A stretch of 26,065 nt of DNA from Bugula neritina (taxonomy: Eukaryota > Animalia > Bryozoa): contig CAXIUT010000174.1 of the NCBI GenBank assembly GCA_964035545.1, positions 1 to 26,065 on the forward strand, written 5' to 3'. Made by a program: the position numbers and the translations under genes. Below the pieces are notes generated by a model. The model saw only the letters and a list, made by a program, of their open reading frames with translations. It was not told where the DNA came from and made no database searches. Below, in pieces: positions 11,055-24,211 of the stretch (the first letter of the stretch is position 1; the number at the start of each line of letters is the position of its first letter).

Positions 11055-11992
11055 ATGCATAACCCCAATCAAGTACCTTTCCTTCTATTTAGCCATCACA
11101 AATTTATCCTGAACTTAATTCTCAACTCTTTTGTAATACTTATCCATCTACTATTGAAAAAAACTTGGCAAATTAAACTTACTTCTATCAAAGAAACTAA
11201 ATCTATTGCAACCCTAATATCTTTTACCTCCTACCACCTTATCAAACTATTATCCCTCAACCCATCAATCTCCCAACAAATTTCATCATTAACGCTGGAA
11301 ATAATCCCTTCCAAAATAAAGATATCAACATCTTGCCAGCAACTCCACCAACTTAACAGATAAACACTACTACTCCTCCACAAGAACAGGAACTCAATAA
11401 GGTTGGAGAAGAGATAATGTTAAAAAGATAGGAGAACTCAATGACTGAAGAAAATAAGAAATAAGTTTAGTTGAAGAATAAGAAAAAGGAAAAGAAAGTG
11501 AATGGAAGGGCAAAGGATAGGTAGTACCTACCTAACCGATCTTAGAAGAAGGAGAGTCGTAAGAAAATCCACTAGAATTAGAATAGAAACGTGATACCTA
11601 ACGAGATAAATCAGATTTTATCTTATCTTCAGAAGAAGAGCAAATCTTAGAGGATTCTTTTAAAGGTGTGGGAAAAGTATCCTTGTGAATCTGGTTATTC
11701 TATGAGTAGATTTTACTTTTACCAGCAACAGTTGAGAGAAAAGTTGTCTCAGTGCAGCATTGAGAACCGATTGAACTTTCTTTTTTAGCTCCTTGAGCCC
11801 TAATGTGAGGTATGGCCAATCAACTAGCAGCGACATTACATTAACCTTAGTCGCTTGCTGGTCAGCCATTTCTTACACGAGGACTCCATCCCTATAATAT
11901 TAACCTCAAAACGGATGAAGAGTGACAAAAAGAGAGAACACCTTCGGGCAAGAAGACTTCTATTCAACAAACTTATCTTACACTCATGCTGA
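11055..11992 (+). CDS. Hypothetical protein: Pro/Asn-rich N-terminus, Lys-rich putative NLS, folded basic C-terminal domain
   Basis: MHNPNQ, 20-nt intron 11073-11092, then PSQIYPE...RNVIPNEINQILSYLQKK...SRLLVSHFLHEDSIPIILTSKRMKSDKKREHLRARRLLFNKLILHSC. TGA at 11990-11992. Confidence 0.78.
11073..11092 (+). other. 20-nt spliceosomal intron
   Basis: GTACCTTTCCTTCTATTTAG. Removal links ATG 11055 to the 300-codon downstream frame. Confidence 0.75.
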
Positions 11993-12029
11993 TCCATGCT
12001 CTGCCATCTATTGGTTGCAGTAGCATGGA
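11993..12029 (+). promoter_or_regulatory. Stem-loop immediately 3' of the stop codon
   Basis: TCCATGCT-CTGC ... GCAG-T-AGCATGGA: 8-bp and 4-bp perfect inverted repeats with one bulged T. Function unknown. Confidence 0.5.
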
Positions 12030-12058
12030 CAGTGTAAGTTTAGATTATACATTATGTT

Positions 12059-12150
12059 ACTGTATACCATTATATTAACACTCCTACCATTAAATCATCA
12101 CTCCTACTGTTAAATAATCACTTTTACTGTTAAGTATCACTATTGAGACT
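12059..12150. repeat. Degenerate ~20-nt tandem repeat (3-4 copies) in intergenic DNA
   Basis: cactcctaccattaaatcat / cactcctactgttaaataat / cacttttactgttaagtat at 12079, 12099 and 12119. Confidence 0.7.
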
Positions 12151-12307
12151 CACTCTCATCAAGCCTACATCACTTCATGTTCACATTTTATTAATTATTC
12201 ATCATAACTATCTTCAACTTAACTATCATAGATATATTTATTTTCTATCTTAAATATGAAATAAAAAATAACTATGGTAATATATCTATATGCTAAATAA
12301 TTCATAA

Positions 12308-14316
<2,009 letters not shown>

Positions 14317-14471
14317 TTAAAATGTTATTATAACGTTGAAATTATCCCTCATTTCATTAATAAAAACATATCAACACCAATATCTCTTAAATATCTATAT
14401 CTATTGATCAGATAAATCAAATATTAGTAGTAGGTCTAAGTTGATTTAAATATAAAGTTTAGATATAATAA

Positions 14472-17400
14472 ATGCAAAGAATCAACCATCAGGTAACAAT
14501 ATCAGCCAATATAATAACAGCTACCTCAACTGTCCGCTTTCCCTGTTTCTTTACCCTCCTATGGCGAACATCCGACCACTCCTTTGAAACAGAAACTTAA
14601 CCAGTATAAACTAAACTAGGAAAAGCTAACTTCAATACCAATCTATCCCTCACCACCAATATCCTTTATAATTCGTAAAATAAAAAATATGATAAATGCT
14701 AGAGTCAATTGCATCTCAGACTCATATCTAAAAATAAAGATAAATAACCTAAAATGGTTGGTAGAAAAAATATTGATATCGGATCCTTACTTAATAAATA
14801 AATAGACACTCATAAAGTTATCAGCTATAGCCTTGAGTTTTGTTCTGTTAATGCTGCTATCTAGATATCTTTTGATTCACCTGTTGTCCTCAACTAAAAT
14901 AGAACCAGCAATGCCACAATACCCAAAAGTCCTCCTTCTTATATCCCCTTTAAAAAAGAAATAACTCAAGTGCAAAGTCAGGTTCAAAGTCAGGTCAATA
15001 GCCATTTACAAAACTAGAGCTAGGTTCAAAATGAGGCAAATATTGGCTCAAAAGGCTTAGGACAGTCAAAAGGTACTTAATAGATTACATCTAAAGTATC
15101 AATCGGTGCTCGTTAGTCTTAGACATCTCAATTTTAACATCGTAGAAATGTATCTGATCGAAGCATTGACCATAATACAAGTGATTTTTTGAAATCGAGA
15201 GAAATATAGTAGGAGTTCAAGCGTTAGACATCAAAGATGTACCAAGAAGGAGAGTTGTTGAAGTTAACAATTTCTCAAAAAGACAATTATATATCAGAAT
15301 TAAAACAGTAAATAATTGCTAAGATAAGAACAGGTAGTTGCATCAAAGTAAGGAATAAGTACATGAAAGATCAACTAGAACATTACTCTACAGTTGACTT
15401 TAGCTTCTATTAAGGAGTAGAATCAGTATTTGAAGGGATAAGTCAGTTCTTTTAGATTTGAAAATAACAAGTTATTGAATTTGGTCGGGTTATTATAACA
15501 GGAGGGGAACAACTTCAAATCAGATATAATTGTTAAGACAACAAACCTATCATAAAATAAAATGGAGAGTTAAGGCATAATAATGGTCAGTTTATTAGGC
15601 TATTTTAAGTCAAGCTAGAGACTGAGTTATCCGGGTTTAAGGGAAAGGGTTTTATATGAAGAGAGATAAAATGGAGTTAAAGAACAACATATCAAAATAG
15701 AAAAAGAACATTTTATGAGATAAGAGTCAAAATTAAAGTTTAAATTGGAAGAATAAATCAACAACAATCACTAACTACAACAAAATAATAAAAATATTAA
15801 CTTTAGAATGTAGAATAAAGCAGTAACAAACTAAAAAAAACAACTCATAAGAGTATAATAGGAAATAAGAGGAGTTATAACAATCAAAAAAACATAAATC
15901 GTAAAAACAGAGAGAGGATATAATAATTATAAGGATCTCTTCTTGGTTTAAATGAACAATTTAGTCATAGAAAGGAATAATATTCAAAAGAAAATTAACA
16001 GTTAAAAAAGTTAATTTATAGCATAGAAAGTATTAAAAAGTGTTAAAGTGAGCAAATAAAATAAAATAGTAAAAACTAAATATCAAAATAGCAGAACTGT
16101 AAGAGTAACTGGGACTGGCTCGTAGTTAAATTTAAGAAATAACTAAAAATCTATAAAGTTAAGAACAAGTAAAGATGAATTTGTAGAAATAGAAAAATAC
16201 TTTATAATCTGAACGGAAAGTACTATTAATAAAGATCCAATAATTATAATAACTCTTATTAAACACATCAGATATGAAATCAAAAGAATTAACAATAATC
16301 AAACTAAACTCTTCATAATTTACAAATGAAAGTGCAACACTGTAGTCTTAATTATAACATGCTTCCTCTGTAAACAAGAAGTACCAGTAGAAGTTGTTTT
16401 AGATGTAGTAAGAGTTAAAATAGAGATCAAATTGTATTAAAAAAATTACAAGAAGGATTAACCAAACAAATCGATCATGAACCAGTAACTAAATAATCGA
16501 TTGATTCATTCTGCTAGTCAAAATCAGGAGTTGGTAATTAGTATTCAAAATTTATAACATTAAAAAAAGAATATTAGTGGATTGTTGGAACAAGCATAAA
16601 ATCAAGAAAGTAGGATTTTAGGAAAACAATAAGAACTGGAACTTAAAATATATTAATTGGTTGGCTGTCTGCAAGAAGAACAAGAAAAAGAAGCAACCAA
16701 GTTAGATAGGAATTATAAGGAGTAAGAAACGGATCATCAGGAGGAAAATTAATTTGTTATAAAATACTATTAATAACAAGAGAAAAAGTTTATTTACTAG
16801 TTGACTGAATAAGTCGAATTCAAACAACTAGAATATAAAAAAATAAAAATCTGATCATTAGGAGCTGATAATAAAAAAATAAAAATACTAACAATAAAAA
16901 CAATAGTCTCTCACGAGAAGTAGATTAAAAAATTAAATAAGAATTTGTAGTAGATGCGAGTGGAATTGAATGATAGAATAACAGCAAAAAAGCAGTAAAA
17001 AGAACAAAATAGTCAAATAATGGAACATAAGCTGAACTTAAAAAATAAATAAATAATATAATAAAGAACTATAAGTTTATAAATAAAAATAAACTAGCTA
17101 AATACTGAATTGTTGCATGTATCGTTGAAATGTCAAGAGGAAAATTAAAATAAACTAAAATTATATAAAGCTCTTTGCTGATTTGAATCAAAAGTATTAA
17201 TAATAAAAGAATATTTGGAGCTAAAGGGAAGATGTTATAAGAAAAATATTGATTAGTTATATGAAAGCATGGAAACAATAACTATGTAGAACCAACAGTC
17301 ACGAAACTAGGATGCTAACCAGATGACTAATATGGCTGAAACAGTATAAAAACTACAAAAATAATTGAAAATGTTTGTTGAAGAACATAATGATGTAGGA

Positions 17401-18377
17401 AGAATGAACTAAAATAACTATCAAGAAAGTTATACAGGAAAAAGATAACCAAATCGACTCAATAACAAAACAGTTGAAAAGAAGTAGAATAAAAATATTT
17501 AAAATTATAAAAACTAGTCCAAATCGAACCAAGATATTGAATCAAAGGAGACAAAATACAGTTGAAGACTCAACTTGAATATCGCCTAACTATAAGATTT
17601 AGTCGACCAGAAAGGACGAGAAATGGATGCCATGCAAGAAGATCTCGACAGATTAGCTTCTTAAGCTCAAGAAGTATACTAACTGAGAGAGCAGGTTGAG
17701 GCGTTATAGACAAGAATTGTAGATCAACTAGGAGGAAAGATTTGCTCTTGAAGCAGTTAAAAACCAGTTTCATATGGAATATTGCCGAACTACAAGAAGT
17801 AAAACATAAAAATAAAAGAATAAATAGACTTTCTTTCAAATGCCAAAAATATTATTGAATCTGACCCCATTTCTCGTCAATAATCATCTCCTATTCATCA
17901 ATTAGACCCTCTGAAATTATAAGTCGAATAGCTACGTCAAAGTTATTTGACTTAACCTCAAAAAACCAAACATTGCAGGTGTAGTTATAAGACAAAGATG
18001 AGATGCATGTAGTAGAGTTAATTGATCAACACATACGACTAAGCAAGTCTGATCTACATAACTCACAGGGTGGTAGTACGAATCGACTTTTGCAGAAGGA
18101 ACCAGATATTTTGTAAACTTGTTGTGCTTTGCAGCAGTTATTAGAGGAAAGGGAAACTATTCAAAGTAGTTTAGTGGACAGTTTGAACTATCATAATAGG
18201 TGAAAAATGGATGCCAAGAACTTCCTCAGTACACTAGAATGAGTATCTTTGGAGTTACAGAAAGCCAAGTCACAGCTGTTAAAGGGATCAAATCGAGGCA
18301 ACGTGGCTTAAGTCATGAAGGGAACAGAAATAGCTGTTAAAAAATTATTGGGTTTAGTGTAAAAGATTGCCTTTTGA
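14472..18377 (+). CDS. N-terminal C2 (NT-C2, EEIG1/EHBP1-type) domain protein with very long coiled-coil; many apparent indels, could be more than one gene
   Basis: MQRINHQVTISANII...FTLLWRTSDHSFETETEPVETKLGKANFNTNLSLTTNILYNSENKKYDK...MVGRKNIDIGSLLN fits the NT-C2 pattern. E/K/Q-rich heptads follow, ending KKLLGLVEKIAF with TGA at 18375-18377. The frame cannot be followed cleanly at ~15300-17900. Confidence 0.62.
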
Positions 18378-18496
18378 TAGATGATATCATTAATAATCTT
18401 GATATTTAGTGGAATAAAATCTATTTTGTAATTAGATCTTCTTCCTGTTTTTCTAGTTTCCTTCATCCGGGAGAATATTGATTTTCATAATAAATA

Positions 18497-19770
18497 ATGT
18501 AGCATTAGCCTGAATCTCGTAGCTAAGATCCGTTACTTCTTATTTGTCAATCCAAAAAGTGGAGGAAACCTTGGTTCTCAATATCTGACTCTTCCTTCCA
18601 AATTAAACTACATCTTTCTTCTCATCTGATTTCAGTTCACATGGTAGATCTCTTTAGTGAAGATTCAGTTACCAAGGCTCTCAACCAGAATAGCCAAATA
18701 CATTGTCAAAATCAAATCAGGTAGAGATATTAAGCTAACTGCTGTAGTTTGTGGAGGAGATGGTAGTGTTTTATGGGTGGTAGATTTGATAACTAAGCAT
18801 GGAATTGATACTAATTATTTAAATTTTAGTATTATACCTGTTGGAACAGGCAATGACTTGCTTCTTATAGCCTGGGATGGAGTGGGTCACCGATAGTCTT
18901 CTCAAGGAATCGGCTAGATTAGCTTAAAAAAAGGATTATATAGTGGTTATAAGGAGAAGAAAATATCTTATGATTTGTGGAGAGTTGAACATTTATACAT
19001 ATTGATGATGGAACTTGTATATCAGATTAGAGACAGAAGAGAAGAAGATACAGGGAAGCAGAAGTTAACTCGAGGGTTTTGTAATTATTTTGGAGTAGGA
19101 ATAGATGCAAGAATAGCATATTCTGTATAAAAAAGAAGAAGTAGAAAACAAATGGCTTAATCTAGCTCTTTACGGCTGCATTGGGTTTTGTAAATTATTC
19201 CAAACAATATCTACTACCAAAGACGGCATCGAATAGTTCGGAATAAATTAGTCAGTATCTGAAGATTAGATATTGATAGTGAATAATTAAAATTGTAGAA
19301 GAAGAAGAGAAAGATGACTGAATAATTGAATTCTAACCTTCCTCTTCTTAAAGACTAAAAAAATAATACTATCAAACTAAAACAGGGATATTGCAGCCTT
19401 CTAGCTCTTAATTCTATTCACTATATGGCAGGACTTAAAAATGTATGGAATACTTCTAAGATGGGGGTATAAGAATAACCTCTCATGAATTTTAGTTAGC
19501 AAAGATACGATGATGGAAAGTTATAGTTTTTATCTTTCAAAAATTAACTTGGACTTGGGCTAGAAAGGTTTATTAACTGTGGGAGCCAGAGTAGCTCAAG
19601 GTTGTGGACCTTATCACATTCAATTTAAAAGAACTGAATAAAATCAATATACTTTTATTCACATAGATGGAGAAGCAATGAAAGTCAAACAATTGAAAGA
19701 GGTTAAAATAATGAAGAATAGAGCAGTTCCTAATGGTAAGATAAGAGTATTAATTCGTAAGAAGTAATGA
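18497..19770 (+). CDS. Diacylglycerol kinase (catalytic plus accessory domains), multiple apparent frameshifts
   Basis: FLFVNPKSGGNLG, VCGGDGSVLWVV, IIPVGTGNDL, FCNYFGVGIDARIAY, QRYDDGKLEF, RVAQG, IDGEA. TGA at 19768-19770. Confidence 0.9.
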
Positions 19771-20075
19771 AATTGATTTTAATGATATTTTAAAAGACAT
19801 AACCTAAATATAAAAAGGTAGTGTATGATGGTGAGGAAATAAGAATTTAATTAGTTTTCAAGGAATAATTTTAATTCATAATTTATCCAGACGATAATCT
19901 GAACCAGATATTGAAGATAATATCTCCTATTTTTTAATAGTTTTTTTATATTTTATTTTAAAACAACTTTTTGAAACTTAGTTATTTAATTGTTTAAAGA
20001 TTAAAATTTGTGTCTTAAGTGATTTAAAATAATAGTTTTAACTTTAGTTACTATTTACTAAGATAAGATAAACTA

Positions 20076-21643
20076 TCATTCTACTAGATGCACTTCTACT
20101 ATTTAATAATTCTTTAAAACAATCGAAGAAACATCTTTATTTTTAGTAACTTTATTCTGCAATCAGAAGTATAACTAGTTAGTTCATTGCTCCCACACTA
20201 TATGCAAAGCTCATCTTCCCCAAATACAATGAAATCTGGTTCATACTGGACACTCTATCTTCCAGCTTTTAAGGGAATTATCTCCATGATGTCATCTTGA
20301 AAAGTGAAAAGAAAGGCTTTTGTTCCTACAGGTTACTGTTTAAGTGAGAAGCCATAGCTAGTGAAGGCTCCAATGACTCTATTTTATTCAGTGAGGCAGA
20401 TAAGCATGATATTCTTTTTTCCATCTACTTTTTTATGGAAATTTTAATGTTGATGTTGTGAATAATTATAGAGAGAAGTCATTGATTCTATTTATCCTAG
20501 TCCTTTTTGTAGTTGTTATAGAAATATTTCTGATGATTTGAGTTAGAATTCTAAATGAGAAATGATGGATGTTGAATTAGTTATAATATCACTAGATATT
20601 TTTTTGAATGGACCTTATCTGAGTATTTATATAGATTATTCTAACTAGTGGATTATTTTATCTTTTTAATCGATTAAAATGGTGCTTTTATTGGATGATT
20701 CTTTTTCTATTTATATTGCCTTTTATAAATTACTATAAGATTTTTTAATATCTTTTAATGATGATTATAGATCTTTTATTTTTTTATCTTTCTTTTTTAT
20801 AGTTTTTTTTGTCTATTATATCTATTTTTATTTCATTTAGAGGTTTATGAATAGTGATGATAACTAATTGTCTTTTTATTTCATTTTTTATGAGATTTAG
20901 ATATTCTTTTTATCTTTTTGTTAAATATAAAGTTGAAATTCTTTCTATAATGATTTAATATTCTCTGTAAGGTTGATTTATTTATTATATTTGAATCCTT
21001 ATATCTTTATATCTTAAAATAGTTTGTTAATTTAACTGCTCTCCTTATTCAATCTATCAATTTATGCTTTTAATCTTATATTTTCTTATTATTGCTTATC
21101 ATTTTAATTAGCTAAGATGGTAGATTTTTCAAGCATACTCATCAACTTAACCTAATATTCTTCACATTTAGCATAAACATTTGACTATTTATTTTTCTCT
21201 TTATCCATTTGATCTATAAGACTGATAGATTTTTATAATTCCGATCTACTTTGATGAATATCTTCTTAAAATTTAGATCTTTCAAGAAGCATAGTTTATT
21301 ATAATTTGATATTTGACTCCTCCAACTTGTTTATTTTCTTTACTAAAGAAAAAGCTTAATTTCTTATATCTTTGAGTATGTCTTATCTGGCATCAATGTA
21401 CTATCCTGCGATTCCTCCTTCTTTTGTGAGTTGTTTAATTATTTATCTGTAGAAGTTGATGAGTTGATCATCTTTTTAATGTTGTTTTTGAAATATTTAG
21501 AAAAGAGAAGCTATGTTTTATATTCCTTCAGAAATGGGTCTATTTATGTTGGGGTCGTCAGCTATATTATGGAGAATTTCAATTGTTCCTAAAGTGAGGT
21601 TGCTTGAAATCATATCGATCAATCTTTCCGCCTCGCTCATCAT
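20076..21643 (-). CDS. Coiled-coil protein with C-terminal TLDc domain
   Basis: ATG 21643, coiled-coil, then FHKKVDGKKNIMLICLTEENRVIGAFTS...KAFLFTF...IVFGEDELCI...VEVHLVE* (TGA 20078-20076), matching TLDc motifs. Indel(s) near the 3' end. Confidence 0.85.
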
Positions 21644-21752
21644 TTTATACTTGTAAATTAAAGCAAATCAAAAAGAATTATTATATATTGACCATAATAT
21701 CTTTCAATATATTATTTAAAAATCAATTGCATCATTTATTATTTGTTATTCT

Positions 21753-22519
21753 TCATTTCTTTTGATAGCTTTTAAGTGACATCTTAGTATTTTTAGCTAC
21801 ATTAGATTCATTACCTTTGCTTTATGATTATTTTTAAGTATTTTTTAACTACCCTATTGGTTTATTGTGATTATTGTAGGTTGATTACACTTTGGGGTGA
21901 CCTTTCTTAACTATTTATTCTTTCTTTATTTCCTACTTTTTGATAAATTATTATTTTTTGGGAATATGCTCTTATTAATATTGTTCTGTTTATTCTTATG
22001 GTTTATGCATTTATTGTTTTTCTTTTTCTTTTTCTTTTTCTTTATTACTCTATTTTTTAAAGTAAATGTCAAGATTTTGTGTTCTGAATTGGAAAGGCTA
22101 TCCTTTATTGATCAGTGTCATTCCGTATTTAATAGCATTTTTATGTAGATCCCAGAGTTAAAATATTTCAAGTGCTTTTGCCATTTTCGAGAGTCTGATA
22201 GGCCATCTTTGCCATTTCTGATGTTGGTTTCGTTATTTCAAATAGTTCCTTCAACCAAATTATATCCCCATGACTTACATACTAGAATAGCATTACCTTG
22301 TAGAGCAGTTATAAACTATTTATCATTTATTAGTTATTTTCTTTAAGATTATTCGACTTTGAATTTATCTCTGTAGCTACTACTAGGTTGATCGATCGGG
22401 AAAGCCCACCAATCGTAGTGGCTACTGTAAAAAATGGAATAATTTTTTTGTGAATCCCATTTGAGGAAGAGTTGGTACTGTCGAATGGTTTATTTTTTGA
22501 TCATCATCCATTTAACCAT
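21753..22519 (-). CDS. HYDWW-motif protein (possible OGFr_N/DUF1810-like domain) with basic low-complexity tail
   Basis: MVKWMMIKKETIRQYQLFLKWDSQKNYSIFYSSHYDWWAFPIDQPSS...CKSWGYNL...QKWQRWPIRLSKMAKALEIFELW. One indel in a T-run near 22240. Family assignment is from motif resemblance only. Confidence 0.6.
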
Positions 22520-22531
22520 TTTTGAAGTTTA

Positions 22532-22606
22532 GGGGTTGGGGTTGGGGTTGGGGTTGGGGTTGGGGTTGGGGTTGGGGTTGGGGTTGGGGTTGGGGTTGGG
22601 GTTGGG
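22532..22606. repeat. (GGGGTT)n telomeric tract, ~12.5 units; right telomere of the 1-22606 molecule, internal in this window
   Basis: Perfect GGGGTT repeats, in the orientation expected for the far end of a chromosome that starts with CCCCAA. Confidence 0.95.
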
Positions 22607-22993
22607 AACCAAAATAAGACTATTGACAATCAAAGATAATTGCTATTGCAGATGAATTAGCGTTTGAACATGATATAAAATAAACTATAATGCAACAAAG
22701 ATAAAAAAGAACATTCAAAATAAATGATTCAAAAATAAACCAACCAGAAAGAACTTATAGACGAGTTGGTTAAACTATAAACATATCGCTGTATGACTTG
22801 TAAACTAAAGATACTTAAACCCAAATCCAATACTGCTAATACTAATGCATGTTCTCGCTGTCATGGAAGAGGAACTACAACTGAAAAGGGTCCTTATTAA
22901 GCTACTTTGGCTACCCGTTAATGTTTTAGTTGTGGATGTTTTTGTGGTTCTGATTCAATTTGTTCTATCTGCCAAGGAACAGGAAAGCAGTGA
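22607..22993 (+). CDS. 3' fragment of a DnaJ-type Cys-rich zinc-finger protein (5' end probably missing)
   Basis: CSRCHGRG, CFSCG and CSICQGTGKQ* (CxxCxGxG motifs). TGA at 22991-22993. No convincing start or J-domain after the telomeric tract. Confidence 0.6.
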
Positions 22994-23025
22994 TCATTAA
23001 TTTGATAATAATATCTATCAAACTA

Positions 23026-24051
23026 TCATAAATTAACTTTTCTACTTGAAATCCAGGGTGTAGAAATAGTTTTACTCATTCCTGTAACATCAGTCCTCTC
23101 CATTGCAGTCCCATTACTTCTACTTATCCCATTATTTCGACTCATTCCTGTCACATCAGATCTAACTATTTTACTTCCTCTTTTACTCTATTTTATCTGC
23201 ATTATCAACTTCCTCTAGTACATCTTCTGCAAGGCATTCATAACCTTTTGTCCTTTAGCTACCTGTTATAGAGTATTTTATCCAACATTATCCTGTACAT
23301 TCTCTTTATTTTTACTTTACCTGCCAATATTAAGAGCAGTCATCATATGTTTTCTTCTAATATGACTAACAACCATCTAGAAGGATAGTCCTTTTGGATA
23401 CGGATGTTTATCCAACAACTCTGATAGTCCACTTTTGGGCATATTGTGTCTTATTTTTTTTCTAACTGGTTGATTTTGCTTTATTTTAGAATTCTATCCT
23501 ATAACTGTCTTAAAAAATGCTACAATTTACTAATTCTATCCCTAGTCGTTTTGTATCATTGACAAAAACTAACCAAACTATATCTTACCTGACATGTCCT
23601 CATCAACTGATTCTATCAATGCCTTTATCTACTATCTTGTCTATAACAAACCCACTGATAGCAATAACTACTATAACTAATCTATTCCTATTGATCCTGA
23701 TTTCCTTTTATCCAAAGAGTTGAAGTACTGTTTCATCTATTTTCTTTATTTGCTATCAAAATCAATCAAATATTTCTTACCCTTTTTGATCAACCATCTA
23801 CGTTCATCAAACTGCTTCAAAAACATTCGATTGTTTTTGACCTATTATACTTTTTACTGATTTAACTATCTGGTTTTTGATGGGTCCATAAAAGTTTTTA
23901 AATTAGGATGAGTTGAAATCATCTACTTCACTTTTGGGTTCTAGATATCATCGAGAAAGTGAGGATCTGAAGATGGTGTGAAAGTTGAGGAAAAGCCTTT
24001 ATTGGATAATATCTTTTGAGTGTTAAGCAGACATGGAAGTGTACTATTCAT
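23026..24051 (-). CDS. EF-hand calcium-binding protein (two EF hands)
   Basis: ATG 24051. YFNSLDKRKSGSIGIDELEELL and LIESVDEDMSGKIEFGEFLSMI are canonical 12-residue loops. Indels occur in the 3' part. Confidence 0.85.
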
Positions 24052-24211
24052 ATGGAAGAATAATTTTATTCTATAATGTACTACATACTACCTCAATAGA
24101 TATTTATTAATCAAGAATTCATTAAAAAAATAAATTATTAGAAAGGTGTGTGATGATGTAGTAGTTTAATTATTTGAATTTTTTGTTCTAAAAAACAATA
24201 ATAATAACGAG

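Noticed and set aside
14472-19770. Pseudogene status for the NT-C2 and DGK genes
   Set aside because: Catalytic motifs are intact and the damage is indel-type across a contiguous noisy stretch, which is better explained by read quality.
22236-22244. TGA reassigned to Trp or a fully ambiguous-stop code
   Set aside because: Conserved Trp residues (Myb, kinase DIWS, CHR, HYDWW) all use TGG. In-frame TGAs coincide with frame breaks, and all complete genes end in TGA.
22736-22750. TAAACCAACC, the first 10 nt of the Tetrahymena chromosome breakage sequence, 130 bp from the internal telomere
   Set aside because: It continues AGAAA rather than YCNHW (the conserved C is missing), lies in a coding frame, is much farther from the telomere than Cbs-directed addition sites, and sits beyond a probable chimeric junction.
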